DNA of 51,786 nt from an uncultured Bacteroidales bacterium (lineage in GTDB: Bacteria; Bacteroidota; Bacteroidia; Bacteroidales; CAZVTW01), in the NCBI GenBank assembly GCA_964629805.1, contig CAZVTW010000001.1:1-51786 (forward strand). The letters are read 5' to 3'. The notes below the pieces were generated by a model, which saw nothing but the letters and a program-made list of their open reading frames with translations, did not search any database and was not told the origin of the DNA. Both the position numbers and the translations under genes were made by a program. Below are positions 18,701 to 27,789 of the stretch, piece by piece (position 1 is the first letter of the stretch; every line of letters starts with the position of its first letter).

Positions 18701-20053
18701 ATGCAATACAATAAAACATTTACTATCCTGATTTCTCTGGTTGTTGCACTGGGCGGTTTTTTGCTAGGTTTTGACAGCGCGGTCATAAGCGGGGCCATAC
18801 CATTTATGTCTGACTATTTTCAACTCAATGAATTGCAAACCGGCTGGACTGTCAGTTGCTTTATCATAGGTGTGATAATAGGAAATGGCTTTTCCGGACC
18901 TTTAAGCGACCGTTACGGCAGAAAACGGGTGCTGTTAGCAACAGCAGTATTTTTTGCCATATCGGCAGTAACTTCTGCTTTGGCCAACGAATTTTGGTTT
19001 CTTGTCATTGCCCGTATGATTGGCGGGCTTGGTGTAGGGGGGGCATTGTTAATTGCCCCTGTGTATATAGCTGAAATTTCTCCACCGGCAGAGAGAGGAA
19101 AGTTGGTGTCATTCAATCAGTTAAATATTGTTGTTGGTATCTCGGCAGCATATTTTTCCAATTATTTTCTCTTGAATACCGGCGAAAATAACTGGCGCTG
19201 GATGCTGGGCGTAGAGCTTATTCCTGCTGTTCTTTATTTTCTTTTTTTGTTTTTTGTTCCCAACAGTCCCCGGTGGTTGATAAGCAAAGACAGGACAGAG
19301 GAGGCTTTTTCTGTCCTTAAGAAAATTGGCAATGAAATGTATGCCCGGGCACAGCTTGACGAAATAATGACGTCTGTAACGGCCGGCAAAACCGAAAAAT
19401 TATTTTCCCTTTTGTCCGGTCTGTTTAGCCGTAAAATGTCGTACATACTGTTATTAGCGCTTATAATTAGTTTCCTTCAGCAAATAACCGGTATTAATGC
19501 CGTTTTGTATTACGCACCAATCATATTTGAGAAAACCGGAATTGGGAAAGATGCCGCATTTATGCAGGCCGCAGTGGTAGGCCTGACGAACCTTGCATTT
19601 ACCCTCGTGGCAATGGCCATTATTGACCGTATTGGAAGGAAAGCGCTGTTGATACTTGGCAGTGCAGGATTAACAATTTCATTACTTGCCCTTACATTGT
19701 TTTCTTATTTAGACAGGTTTTCGGGCTATGGCGTGCTTATTGCTGTTATGATTTACGTGGCTTCATTTGCCGTTTCCCTCGGTCCTGTACTTTGGGTGTT
19801 TCTCTCAGAAGTCTTCCCAAATAAATATCGTGGCATAGGAATATCAATGGCTGGACTTTGGGCCTCTGTTATTGGTTTTGGTGTGACTTTTATTTTTCCC
19901 TGGGAAATAGAATTTCTGGGTAAAACGGTAACATTCGTATCTTATGCTTTCTTTGCAGTTATAACCCTTCTTTTCTCCATCTTTATTTTTCCCGAAACAA
20001 AAGGCGTTTCGCTTGAGCAACTGGAGAAAAGACTTATAAGGCAGGAAAAATAG
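18701..20053 (+). CDS. MFS sugar porter (sugar:H+ symporter family)
   Basis: ORF track 18500..20053. Sugar-porter motifs are present: GFDSAVISGA, SDRYGRKRVLL, PNSPRWLI and PETKGVSLEQLE, with 12 predicted TM segments. The start is set at MQYNKTF (18701), because the upstream 67 codons lie in repeat G and carry no MFS sequence. Confidence 0.9.
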   Translation: MQYNKTFTILISLVVALGGFLLGFDSAVISGAIPFMSDYFQLNELQTGWTVSCFIIGVIIGNGFSGPLSDRYGRKRVLLATAVFFAISAVTSALANEFWFLVIARMIGGLGVGGALLIAPVYIAEISPPAERGKLVSFNQLNIVVGISAAYFSNYFLLNTGENNWRWMLGVELIPAVLYFLFLFFVPNSPRWLISKDRTEEAFSVLKKIGNEMYARAQLDEIMTSVTAGKTEKLFSLLSGLFSRKMSYILLLALIISFLQQITGINAVLYYAPIIFEKTGIGKDAAFMQAAVVGLTNLAFTLVAMAIIDRIGRKALLILGSAGLTISLLALTLFSYLDRFSGYGVLIAVMIYVASFAVSLGPVLWVFLSEVFPNKYRGIGISMAGLWASVIGFGVTFIFPWEIEFLGKTVTFVSYAFFAVITLLFSIFIFPETKGVSLEQLEKRLIRQEK

Positions 20054-20063
20054 TTTTACATCA

Positions 20064-20200
20064 ATGAGTCAGCTCCTAAAAGCCTCTTTGTTGCCAAAAG
20101 CTTCGTTATTTTGGCCTGGTTCAGTCGGGATAAAACCTCATCCCGACTGAGTCTCTCTGATAAGTCCGTACAAAAATAGTGTTTTCAGGAGTTGACTCAT
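20064..20200. repeat. MITE-like repeat, copy D (137 nt, best-preserved inverted termini)
   Basis: The left end is ATGAGTCAGCTCCTAAAA and the reverse complement of the right end is ATGAGTCAACTCCTGAAA (16/18 identical). There is an internal hairpin CAGTCGGGAT-N8-ATCCCGACTG. TCAA flanks both sides if the element is taken as TGAGTC...GACTCA. Confidence 0.8.
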
Positions 20201-20218
20201 CAATAAAATAATGATAAT

Positions 20219-21310
20219 ATGATAATTGAACATTTAGACCCTGTAAAAGAACAATTCTTAAAGTTCTGGGAACTTAAAAATGACACCCCTTTAGTGTCTG
20301 TTAAAGCATATAGAGACAAGCAGGGATATATTGACTATCAAGAGCGAACGAAACAGGATAAGAGATATTCAGATGCTTTCCACATGAAGGTTGATCCGCA
20401 GATTAAAATACAAAATCAACTGGAAGTTTTTAAATATATGTATTTTACCGGTGAAACATTGCCTGTTTTAACAACTGCTATCGGGCCTGGTATTTGTTCG
20501 GCGTTTCTGGGCAGTATTGTTGATCTGAAAAAATGTGATGAACCCACCTGGTTTTATGAGAATTTGGAGGACTGGGATACTTTCGACCTGACCTTTGATG
20601 AACGAAACATATGGTGGCATATTCAGAAATATGTTGTTGAATGTGCTGCACGGGCAGCGCGGGAATTCAACATCCTGTCCGAAATTCCGGTGGATATTTT
20701 TCATGGCATAGATACGCTGATGCTTTTGCGGGGAAGTGAAAAACTGGCAATGGACCTGGTGATGATTCCTGATACTATTAAGGAAGCGAACAGGAAAATA
20801 CTGGAATACTGGAAATACTGGACTGATGAATTGTTTACAGTCCAGAGAAAGCATGTGGAAGGAAACGGGACGGCCTGGCTGAATCTTTGGGGGCCAGGCA
20901 GGACTTATTGCCTACAGTCAGACTATATGACAATGATATCAGCAGAAATGTATGAGGAATTTATATTAGAGGATGTCAAAGCCATGTGTAATGAGTTAGA
21001 CAGGGTGATGTTCCACTTTGACGGCCCGGATGAAATAATAAGGCACCTTGACTTTCTGCTTAAAATACCAAATTTGCATGGTATTCAGTGGAACCCGGAA
21101 ACAAATTGCGAAAATATCCGTCATATACCAAGCCTGAAAAAGATTCAGGATGCTGGTAAATGCCTGGTTTTAAATATTGCTTCCGGAGAGATTGAAACCC
21201 TTGTAAAAGAATTATCTCCCCAGGGCCTGTTGTTAAATGTTGATCCTTTTGATGAACCGTATGAAACCTCGCAGGAGGCTGATGACATTGTTAACCGGGT
21301 AAAATCCTGA
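20219..21310 (+). CDS. Hypothetical protein, possibly URO-D-like (uroporphyrinogen decarboxylase/MtaA-type TIM barrel) fold
   Basis: 363-aa ORF with no signal peptide. Segments GIDTLMLLRGSEKLAMDLVMIPDTIKE and SDYMTMISAEMYEEFILEDVKAM...MFHFDG resemble the spacing and pattern of URO-D family proteins. This is a weak assignment from memory. Confidence 0.35.
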   Translation: MIIEHLDPVKEQFLKFWELKNDTPLVSVKAYRDKQGYIDYQERTKQDKRYSDAFHMKVDPQIKIQNQLEVFKYMYFTGETLPVLTTAIGPGICSAFLGSIVDLKKCDEPTWFYENLEDWDTFDLTFDERNIWWHIQKYVVECAARAAREFNILSEIPVDIFHGIDTLMLLRGSEKLAMDLVMIPDTIKEANRKILEYWKYWTDELFTVQRKHVEGNGTAWLNLWGPGRTYCLQSDYMTMISAEMYEEFILEDVKAMCNELDRVMFHFDGPDEIIRHLDFLLKIPNLHGIQWNPETNCENIRHIPSLKKIQDAGKCLVLNIASGEIETLVKELSPQGLLLNVDPFDEPYETSQEADDIVNRVKS

Positions 21311-21326
21311 ATGCAGTTTTAGGACC

Positions 21327-21373
21327 TGAAACGAAATATAAACTTTGATATTCTGACAATTTATTTCGCATCA
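21327..21373. repeat. Hairpin repeat family 2, copy 1 (possible bidirectional terminator)
   Basis: TGAAACGAAATA-N23-TATTTCGCATCA. It lies 17 nt after the stop of 20219..21310 and shares ACGAAATA, ATTCTG.ACA and TTTATTTCGCATCAA with 43088..43144. Confidence 0.5.
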
Positions 21374-21486
21374 AACTCTTAATAATGAACCAACCTGATT
21401 CTTGTTGCCAGGTATCTGCAAAAAACTTTATGGACATCCACTATTTACTGACGGGCAACTTTGCATTCGTAGCTGAGAGGTGTTCA

Positions 21487-22074
21487 TTAATCTGACGATG
21501 TAATGAATCCGTAATATTCGGAAATTTCGTCGTATGCCTGATCTGTCGGGTAATGCCCTTTTTCACCGAGGTGCCATTTACCGATGTGAGCAGTTATATA
21601 GCCCTCTTCTTTCAGATATCCGGCAATGGTTTTCTCTTTGAGGGGAAGAAAATTTTGGTTGAAAGGTGTTTTGAGTTTTTTACCTTCATTCTCCTCATAC
21701 TCCGGCGGATTACTGTAATCAATGGTTGAGTCTTTTTGAAATGAAGTCCTAATCCAGTCAGTAATACCCAGCCGGGAAGTATATTTTCCTGTTTAGACGG
21801 AGGCTCTTGAGGGGGATGATATTGCACCCGGAGCGTAAGCATTTGTGAATTTCATACCCTGTCCGCATAATTTATCAATGTTTGGTGTTTCATAATAATC
21901 GCTGCCAAAACAGCCAGCGTCAGTCCATCCCAAATCATCGACATGAAAAATGACAACATTGGGGTGTTTCGATCTATTCGTTTCAATAGATTTATCTTCG
22001 CTTTTTTCAACTGTTGTATTACAGCCGGTTAAAATAGCGAGAATACTGCCAAGTGAAAGGTATTTCTGTTTAAT
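21487..22074 (-). pseudogene. Sulfatase (Ser-type) remnant: no ATG, in-frame TAA, C-terminal ~60% missing
   Basis: Minus-strand translation gives (ATT)KQKYLSLGSILAILTGCN...NVVIFHVDDLGWTDAGCFGSDYYETPNIDKL..FTNAYAPGAISSPSRASV*TGKYTSRLGITDWI...AHIGKWHLGEKG...GFITSSD*. The in-frame stop is at 21793..21795. ATT at 22072..22074 sits where the ATG is expected. Confidence 0.8.
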
Positions 22075-22078
22075 GTGT

Positions 22079-23419
22079 TTATTTTATATACTCGACATTC
22101 TCCAGTTTAACAACCACCGGATTTTTCCAGGCTTTGTAGGTCCTGTGGCTTCGTATGGCATGAACAAATATGCCCTGGTCTGTGACAGAAAAAAGTGGTT
22201 TTGGCGATGTTTCTGTCTGATATTCCATTGTATGATTATTTTGCCCCAGTATGGAGACATTTGTTTTATCAGACCCTTTTAACGTCCGGATGAAGAATGT
22301 TCTGTAATCACCGACTCCCCAGTTGAGCGATGGTAAGAAGGCATAGACAGCATTCGAACTGGCGGATTTTGTAAACCAGATATTCCGCTCCTGTTCATCA
22401 TAGTGCCAGTTTGAACGTGTTTTTTCATGCGTTATATCGAAGGGGACAATATTATCAACAGCTTCGCGGTTAGACATATACCACAAAGCTATTTCCCGCA
22501 GCCTGGCCTCCTGTATACCGGGAATTTCTCCATGACTGTCAGGACTGACATTTAGAAGTAAGTTGCCGCCTTTGGCACGTGTTTCTATCAACATGTTAAT
22601 AAGCTCATTTCCTGTTTTTGCTTCTTCATTGGCAACATATCCCCAGTGATTACCAATTGTTACACAAGCCTCCCAGGGGCCTGGTATGGATTCGGCAGGG
22701 AGTTTTTGTTCGGGGGTTTCCATTCCGCCCCTGGTAATAATTAAATCCGGATCGATTGTCCAGCAATAATCTGCAACTAAGGTATTGGCATAGTCATAAT
22801 ATTCATCAATAAACAAAATGTCGATTTTGCCATAATCTGTCAGCAATTCATTAATTTGTTTTTTTTCAGTCTCCCACATTTTTTTATTCTTATCCGGATT
22901 TGCCTCAGGCAAATTTCTGCTTGGTGGTATTCCCTGTTTGTAATTGAGATAAAAGTCATCAGGCGAATAATATAATCCAATGGCTATATCGTATTTTCTG
23001 AATGCATCAATGATTTCTTTCAAAATGTTTTTTTTGTATGGTGTATTTGTAATCTTAAAATCAACAGTTTCGGTGTCCCACATACAAAAGCCATTATGAT
23101 GTTTTGCTGTAAATACCATATATTTCATCCCTGCAAGTTTTGCGAGTTTTGCCCATTCATACGGGTCAAACATTTTCGGATGAAAAAATTTGGGGAGTTC
23201 ACCAAAATACCGGTCCTGGTAGTCTTTTGAGCTGGCAGCCACATTATGACTAATTATTGCACCTAACTGTACATCAACACTCCAGTGGATAAACATTCCA
23301 AAGCCAAGGTCCCGGAACCATTTTATGCGTTCAGGTTTGTTTTTGTCGATTGTTATTTTTTGTGCGAAAGAACACGAAAAAAAAGATAAGATCAGAAGAA
23401 GCAGAGAAATTTGTTTCAT
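22079..23419 (-). CDS. GH29 alpha-L-fucosidase
   Basis: 446-aa ORF with a signal peptide. It has WFRDLGFGMFIHW, YMVFTAKHHNGFCMWDT and LFIDEYY blocks typical of GH29. Confidence 0.85.
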   Translation of the reverse strand: MKQISLLLLILSFFSCSFAQKITIDKNKPERIKWFRDLGFGMFIHWSVDVQLGAIISHNVAASSKDYQDRYFGELPKFFHPKMFDPYEWAKLAKLAGMKYMVFTAKHHNGFCMWDTETVDFKITNTPYKKNILKEIIDAFRKYDIAIGLYYSPDDFYLNYKQGIPPSRNLPEANPDKNKKMWETEKKQINELLTDYGKIDILFIDEYYDYANTLVADYCWTIDPDLIITRGGMETPEQKLPAESIPGPWEACVTIGNHWGYVANEEAKTGNELINMLIETRAKGGNLLLNVSPDSHGEIPGIQEARLREIALWYMSNREAVDNIVPFDITHEKTRSNWHYDEQERNIWFTKSASSNAVYAFLPSLNWGVGDYRTFFIRTLKGSDKTNVSILGQNNHTMEYQTETSPKPLFSVTDQGIFVHAIRSHRTYKAWKNPVVVKLENVEYIK

Positions 23420-23516
23420 AATTGTATAACATTAACACATGAGCAGATTTTTAATTACTTTGACACAGCTTTTTGATATATCATTTGATAATCGTTTTGA
23501 TTATTGACATGTATGA

Positions 23517-23694
23517 ATGAGTCCACTCCTAAGAAACTCTGTAACTCCCTCGGGGATTATTTGGACAAATTGACGAAACAGAATATTGTTTACTTGGCTG
23601 TCCATTTGTCACCAATCTCTACGTTATTTGTCTCGACTCAGTCGAGACAAATTCCTCAATTTTGACAAAATAGTACTTTTAGAAGTTGATTCAT
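23517..23694 (+). repeat. MITE-like repeat, copy B (178 nt)
   Basis: The left terminus is ATGAGTCCACTCCTAAGAA and the reverse complement of the right terminus is ATGAATCAACTTCTAAAAG. The central perfect palindrome is TTTGTCTCGAC-TCA-GTCGAGACAAA (about 23627..23651). Confidence 0.8.
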
Positions 23695-23904
23695 AAATTC
23701 AGTAAAACTATCAAAAAAAATTGACTATCCCAATTTTAAAAGCATTTAAATGAAAAATGCCGAAACCTTCTTTAAAAAACATGAATTTTGAGAATTATTC
23801 TATATATTTGGGATAGCTTTAGAAATAGGAGAAAAACATAATGGATGAGTCACTTAAAATGAAGCATATGCGTTTCATCAGACATGTTTTAAGCTGAACT
23901 TGTT

Positions 23905-26900
23905 ATGAGCAATTATATGAAAAAAGAAAGATTATTTAGGCGGGTTACATATTTCCTTATCTTTATTGTCAAATTATCTCACAGCTTCGGTCAACCTCAA
24001 ACATTTCGTTTTGATAATCTCAGCATGGAAGAAGGACTTTCGGAAAACTGGGTTACAAAAGTCTATAGGGACAGCCGGGGCTTATTATGGATTGGTACAC
24101 GCTACGGGTTAAATGTTTACAATGGCTACCAGGTAAAAAATTATTTTTACAATGATGGCAATCAACACTCTATACCAGATAATTATATCACCACAATTTA
24201 TGAAGACAATGACAGCACAATATGGATAGGCTCAACAAGGGGTTTGTTTAGATATAACAAAGAAATTGATGGTTTTGAAACGATAAAACTATCCACACAT
24301 CCTGATAATCAACAACAAAGCATTGAAATACGTGAAATAGTCCGGTATGATAATTACTTATACCTGGCAACCTGGAAATATGGACTGATCAGGTACAATC
24401 CGGAAAACGGAAATTGCAATTTTTTTAGGTATCAGAAAACATATGCACACTCGATTTCAAGTGATAATATCAATGACATTGTCATAAGGGGAGATTACCT
24501 CTGGCTTGGTACCAGCGGAGGATATATTAATAAATTTGACATATTGCACCGTACAAGCCAAAGAATACCAATGGGAAAGATCAGTCAAAAACCTATAACA
24601 AAAACGAATAATGATAAAAAGACCCTGCAATTTGATAATGACGGGAATTTATGGATTGGCAGTAGTGAATATGGCATCTGGAAATACAATCATAGTACCT
24701 ATAAATTCAAACATTTCTCAAAATCAAAGCTTAATGGTCTTAGTCACAATATTGTTTTCGACTTAGAATTAATAGACGACAAAATATGGGTAGCAACAGA
24801 CAATGGAGGTATAAACATCATAGATCCCGAAACTGATACTTTCCAATATCTTAATTCAAACTTATACGATCCGTTGTCACTTTCAAGCGATGGTATATGG
24901 GATATCTTTACTGACAAATTCGGGAACATTTTTGTAGGCACCTTTGATGCCGGCGTTGATTATTATAGTCCTGCGAAGAATATTTTTGAATTATACTATA
25001 ATGTGCCAAATGATTCAGGTACAGTATCCCACAGTAATGTCAACAGAATAGTTCAGACAATTGACGGGACTATCTGGGTAGGCACCAACGGAGGAGGCCT
25101 TAATGTTTTTGATCCGCAAACAAACACATTTAGCAGATTTTTTTCAGGAAAACCGGAATACTCAATAAATGCGCCTTATATCAGCGATTTATACGCTGAC
25201 AGTGCCGGAAATTTGATTGTATCTGCCTATGACGAGGGTTTTTCTATATATAATATAAGAACAAAAACTATCAGAAATTTCACACACACACCAAATTGCA
25301 CCAATTGTCCGGCATCCAACAATAATTTTGGATTTTACAAAGACTCAAAAGGTGTTTTTTGGTATAGCTCACTTAATAAAGGTATTGAAACCTATAATCC
25401 TGTTGAAAAGTTGTTTACTCTGTACAAAATTGATATTGATGACCCTAATTCTCCAGAGGATGCCATTTCATATGATATAGCAGAGGACGATAACGGAAAT
25501 TTATGGTTTGTGACTGAGAAAAGCGGATTAACAATGTTCTCGACAGAGGAAAATAAATTTTACAGGTATAAAAAGGATGTAAATCATAAAATACTAAGCA
25601 GCAACAAATTAAAGGGCCTAAAAAAGGATAAAAAAGGCAATATCTGGATTTGCAGTGAAAACGGACTCAATTACTTTAATCCCGATAAAAAAACTTCCAG
25701 GGTTTACACCACTGAAGATGGTTTGCCCTCTAATCATATTCTTAATGTCCTGATTGATAAAAATTCTAACCTGTGGATTAGTACCTTTAACGGAATTTCT
25801 TTTTTTAACACTGAAAAAGAGACATTTCGTAATTTTAAAAAATATTTCGGATTGACTAACAATCCCTTTAATAACAACTCGGGATTTATAGATAATCAGG
25901 GATTTGTATATTTCGGCGGGCAATCAGGCCTCATTCGTTTTGAACCCGGTTCACTGATATCAAAACCCGAAAAACACAAGATCGTCCTCTCCGAATTCAA
26001 AATAAATAACAAACCAGCTTTGATTAACGATAATGGCATTCGCAAACACATTGATTGTTTAAACGCTGTAGATTTGTATAAAAATGACAAGATTTTCTCT
26101 GTTGAATTTGCCTGTCCGGATATCATTTTCCCGGACCAGATAAAATATCGGTATAAATTGGAAGGATTTGATGAAGACTGGTATATAACCTCCGGCAGAA
26201 ATAGAAAGATAGCATATTCAAGTCTGAGGGGTGGTAACTATGTATTAAAAATACAGTCTACTAACAGTTCCGGAACATGGTTAGATAATACAAGAGAATT
26301 AGAAATTGTTGTTCATCCGCCATTTTACAAGACATCCCTGTTCATAATATTATTGATTACAGGTTTTGTTGGTTTTCTGATTTTTGGTTACAAAATTCGA
26401 CTTAACTATATGAAAAAACAAAGTGAGATGTTGCGCTCCCAGGTTGCAGAAAGAACACGTGAACTTGAAGACCGGAATGCTGAGATTACAGAACAAAACC
26501 AGGAAATCATTCAACAACGGGATTTAGCTAATTCACAAAAAGAAATCATTGAAAAACAAAAAAAAGAAATTGAGGCCCATAAAAACAATCTTGAGAAACA
26601 GGTCAATGAAAGAACCCAGGAGCTGCTTATTGCCAAGGAGAAGGCAGAAGAATCTGATCGCCTGAAAACATCATTCCTGAAAAATATGAGCCACGAAATA
26701 AGGACTCCCATGAATGCTATTCTCGGATTCCTCGAGTTGGTTTTTGACCCGACATACAAAAAACAGGAAAAACAAACATATAAATCATATATTTATGAGA
26801 GCGCTAACTCTTTATTGACTGTTATTGAAGATATACTGGACCTTGCAAAAATAGAAACCGGCCAGTTAAAATTTGCTTTTCACTCTTTTCATATAAACGA

Positions 26901-27774
26901 TTTGCTTTACAGACTGGAAGTTTACTTCAAAGAGTATGTCAGTCAGCATCATTCATCAATAAATGTGAAATTTACAGGTCCGTTCAAAGATTTTAAACTA
27001 ACAACCGATGAAAAAAGATTAAACCAGGTACTCAGCAACCTTATAAACAATGCAGTAAAATTCACACCAGAAGGAGAAGTTCTATTTGGTTATGAATTGG
27101 CAGACAGGTTTGTGAGATTCTATGTTTCTGACACAGGTATAGGCATAAAAAAAGAATATCATCATTTGATATTTGAACATTTTACCAAAATTGAAGATAG
27201 CAAAGAAAAATTATTCAGAGGAACCGGTCTGGGTCTTTCTATTTGCAAAAGTATGGTTGAAGAATTAGGCGGGACAATATGGGTCGAATCAACTGTTGAT
27301 AAAGGATCAACTTTCTATTTTACAATACCTTATGAGCAAAAAAATAAAATAAGCTCTCACGAGGAGAAGGAAACAAGTGATAAGAAAAACAATTTTGATA
27401 TTAAGGATATAACAATTCTTGTGGCAGAAGATGATGATCTAAATTATTTTTATATCTCCAAAATACTGGAAAGATGGCAAACAAAACATCTGAGGACAAA
27501 AAACGGGCTGGAAACCTTACACTTAATTGAAGTAAACAGTAATGTTGATATAATACTGATGGACATAAAAATGCCATTGCTCGACGGACTGGAAGCAACA
27601 AAAAAAATAAGGGAACAGGGCAAAAATATTCCAATAATTGCCCTGACTGCTTATTCCAGACCTGAAGATAAGGAGGACTTTCTTAAAAACGGTTGTGATG
27701 ATTTTATTTGCAAACCTATTGATAGTGTTGTTTTACGAGAAACAATCTACAAATATACCAAAAAGCAGAAATGA
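23905..27774 (+). CDS. Hybrid sensor histidine kinase/response regulator with periplasmic beta-propeller + Y_Y_Y sensor, no DNA-binding domain
   Basis: 1289-aa ORF with repeated two-component propeller motifs (LWIGT..GL..Y). It has one TM segment (LFIILLITGFVGFLIFGY), a long coiled coil, HisKA (MSHEIRTPMNAILGF), HATPase (GTGLGLSICKSMVE) and REC (ILVAEDDD...ILMDIKMPLLDG). The protein ends about 15 aa after REC. Confidence 0.9.
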   Translation: MSNYMKKERLFRRVTYFLIFIVKLSHSFGQPQTFRFDNLSMEEGLSENWVTKVYRDSRGLLWIGTRYGLNVYNGYQVKNYFYNDGNQHSIPDNYITTIYEDNDSTIWIGSTRGLFRYNKEIDGFETIKLSTHPDNQQQSIEIREIVRYDNYLYLATWKYGLIRYNPENGNCNFFRYQKTYAHSISSDNINDIVIRGDYLWLGTSGGYINKFDILHRTSQRIPMGKISQKPITKTNNDKKTLQFDNDGNLWIGSSEYGIWKYNHSTYKFKHFSKSKLNGLSHNIVFDLELIDDKIWVATDNGGINIIDPETDTFQYLNSNLYDPLSLSSDGIWDIFTDKFGNIFVGTFDAGVDYYSPAKNIFELYYNVPNDSGTVSHSNVNRIVQTIDGTIWVGTNGGGLNVFDPQTNTFSRFFSGKPEYSINAPYISDLYADSAGNLIVSAYDEGFSIYNIRTKTIRNFTHTPNCTNCPASNNNFGFYKDSKGVFWYSSLNKGIETYNPVEKLFTLYKIDIDDPNSPEDAISYDIAEDDNGNLWFVTEKSGLTMFSTEENKFYRYKKDVNHKILSSNKLKGLKKDKKGNIWICSENGLNYFNPDKKTSRVYTTEDGLPSNHILNVLIDKNSNLWISTFNGISFFNTEKETFRNFKKYFGLTNNPFNNNSGFIDNQGFVYFGGQSGLIRFEPGSLISKPEKHKIVLSEFKINNKPALINDNGIRKHIDCLNAVDLYKNDKIFSVEFACPDIIFPDQIKYRYKLEGFDEDWYITSGRNRKIAYSSLRGGNYVLKIQSTNSSGTWLDNTRELEIVVHPPFYKTSLFIILLITGFVGFLIFGYKIRLNYMKKQSEMLRSQVAERTRELEDRNAEITEQNQEIIQQRDLANSQKEIIEKQKKEIEAHKNNLEKQVNERTQELLIAKEKAEESDRLKTSFLKNMSHEIRTPMNAILGFLELVFDPTYKKQEKQTYKSYIYESANSLLTVIEDILDLAKIETGQLKFAFHSFHINDLLYRLEVYFKEYVSQHHSSINVKFTGPFKDFKLTTDEKRLNQVLSNLINNAVKFTPEGEVLFGYELADRFVRFYVSDTGIGIKKEYHHLIFEHFTKIEDSKEKLFRGTGLGLSICKSMVEELGGTIWVESTVDKGSTFYFTIPYEQKNKISSHEEKETSDKKNNFDIKDITILVAEDDDLNYFYISKILERWQTKHLRTKNGLETLHLIEVNSNVDIILMDIKMPLLDGLEATKKIREQGKNIPIIALTAYSRPEDKEDFLKNGCDDFICKPIDSVVLRETIYKYTKKQK

Positions 27775-27789
27775 CCTCTCTCCCTTGAG

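Noticed and set aside
21612-22282. Tracked ORFs 21612..21842 (-) and 21950..22282 (+)
   Set aside because: Both overlap the sulfatase remnant or the GH29 3' end in wrong frames or on the wrong strand. The meaningful translation (DDLGWTD, SSPSRAS) is in a different frame.
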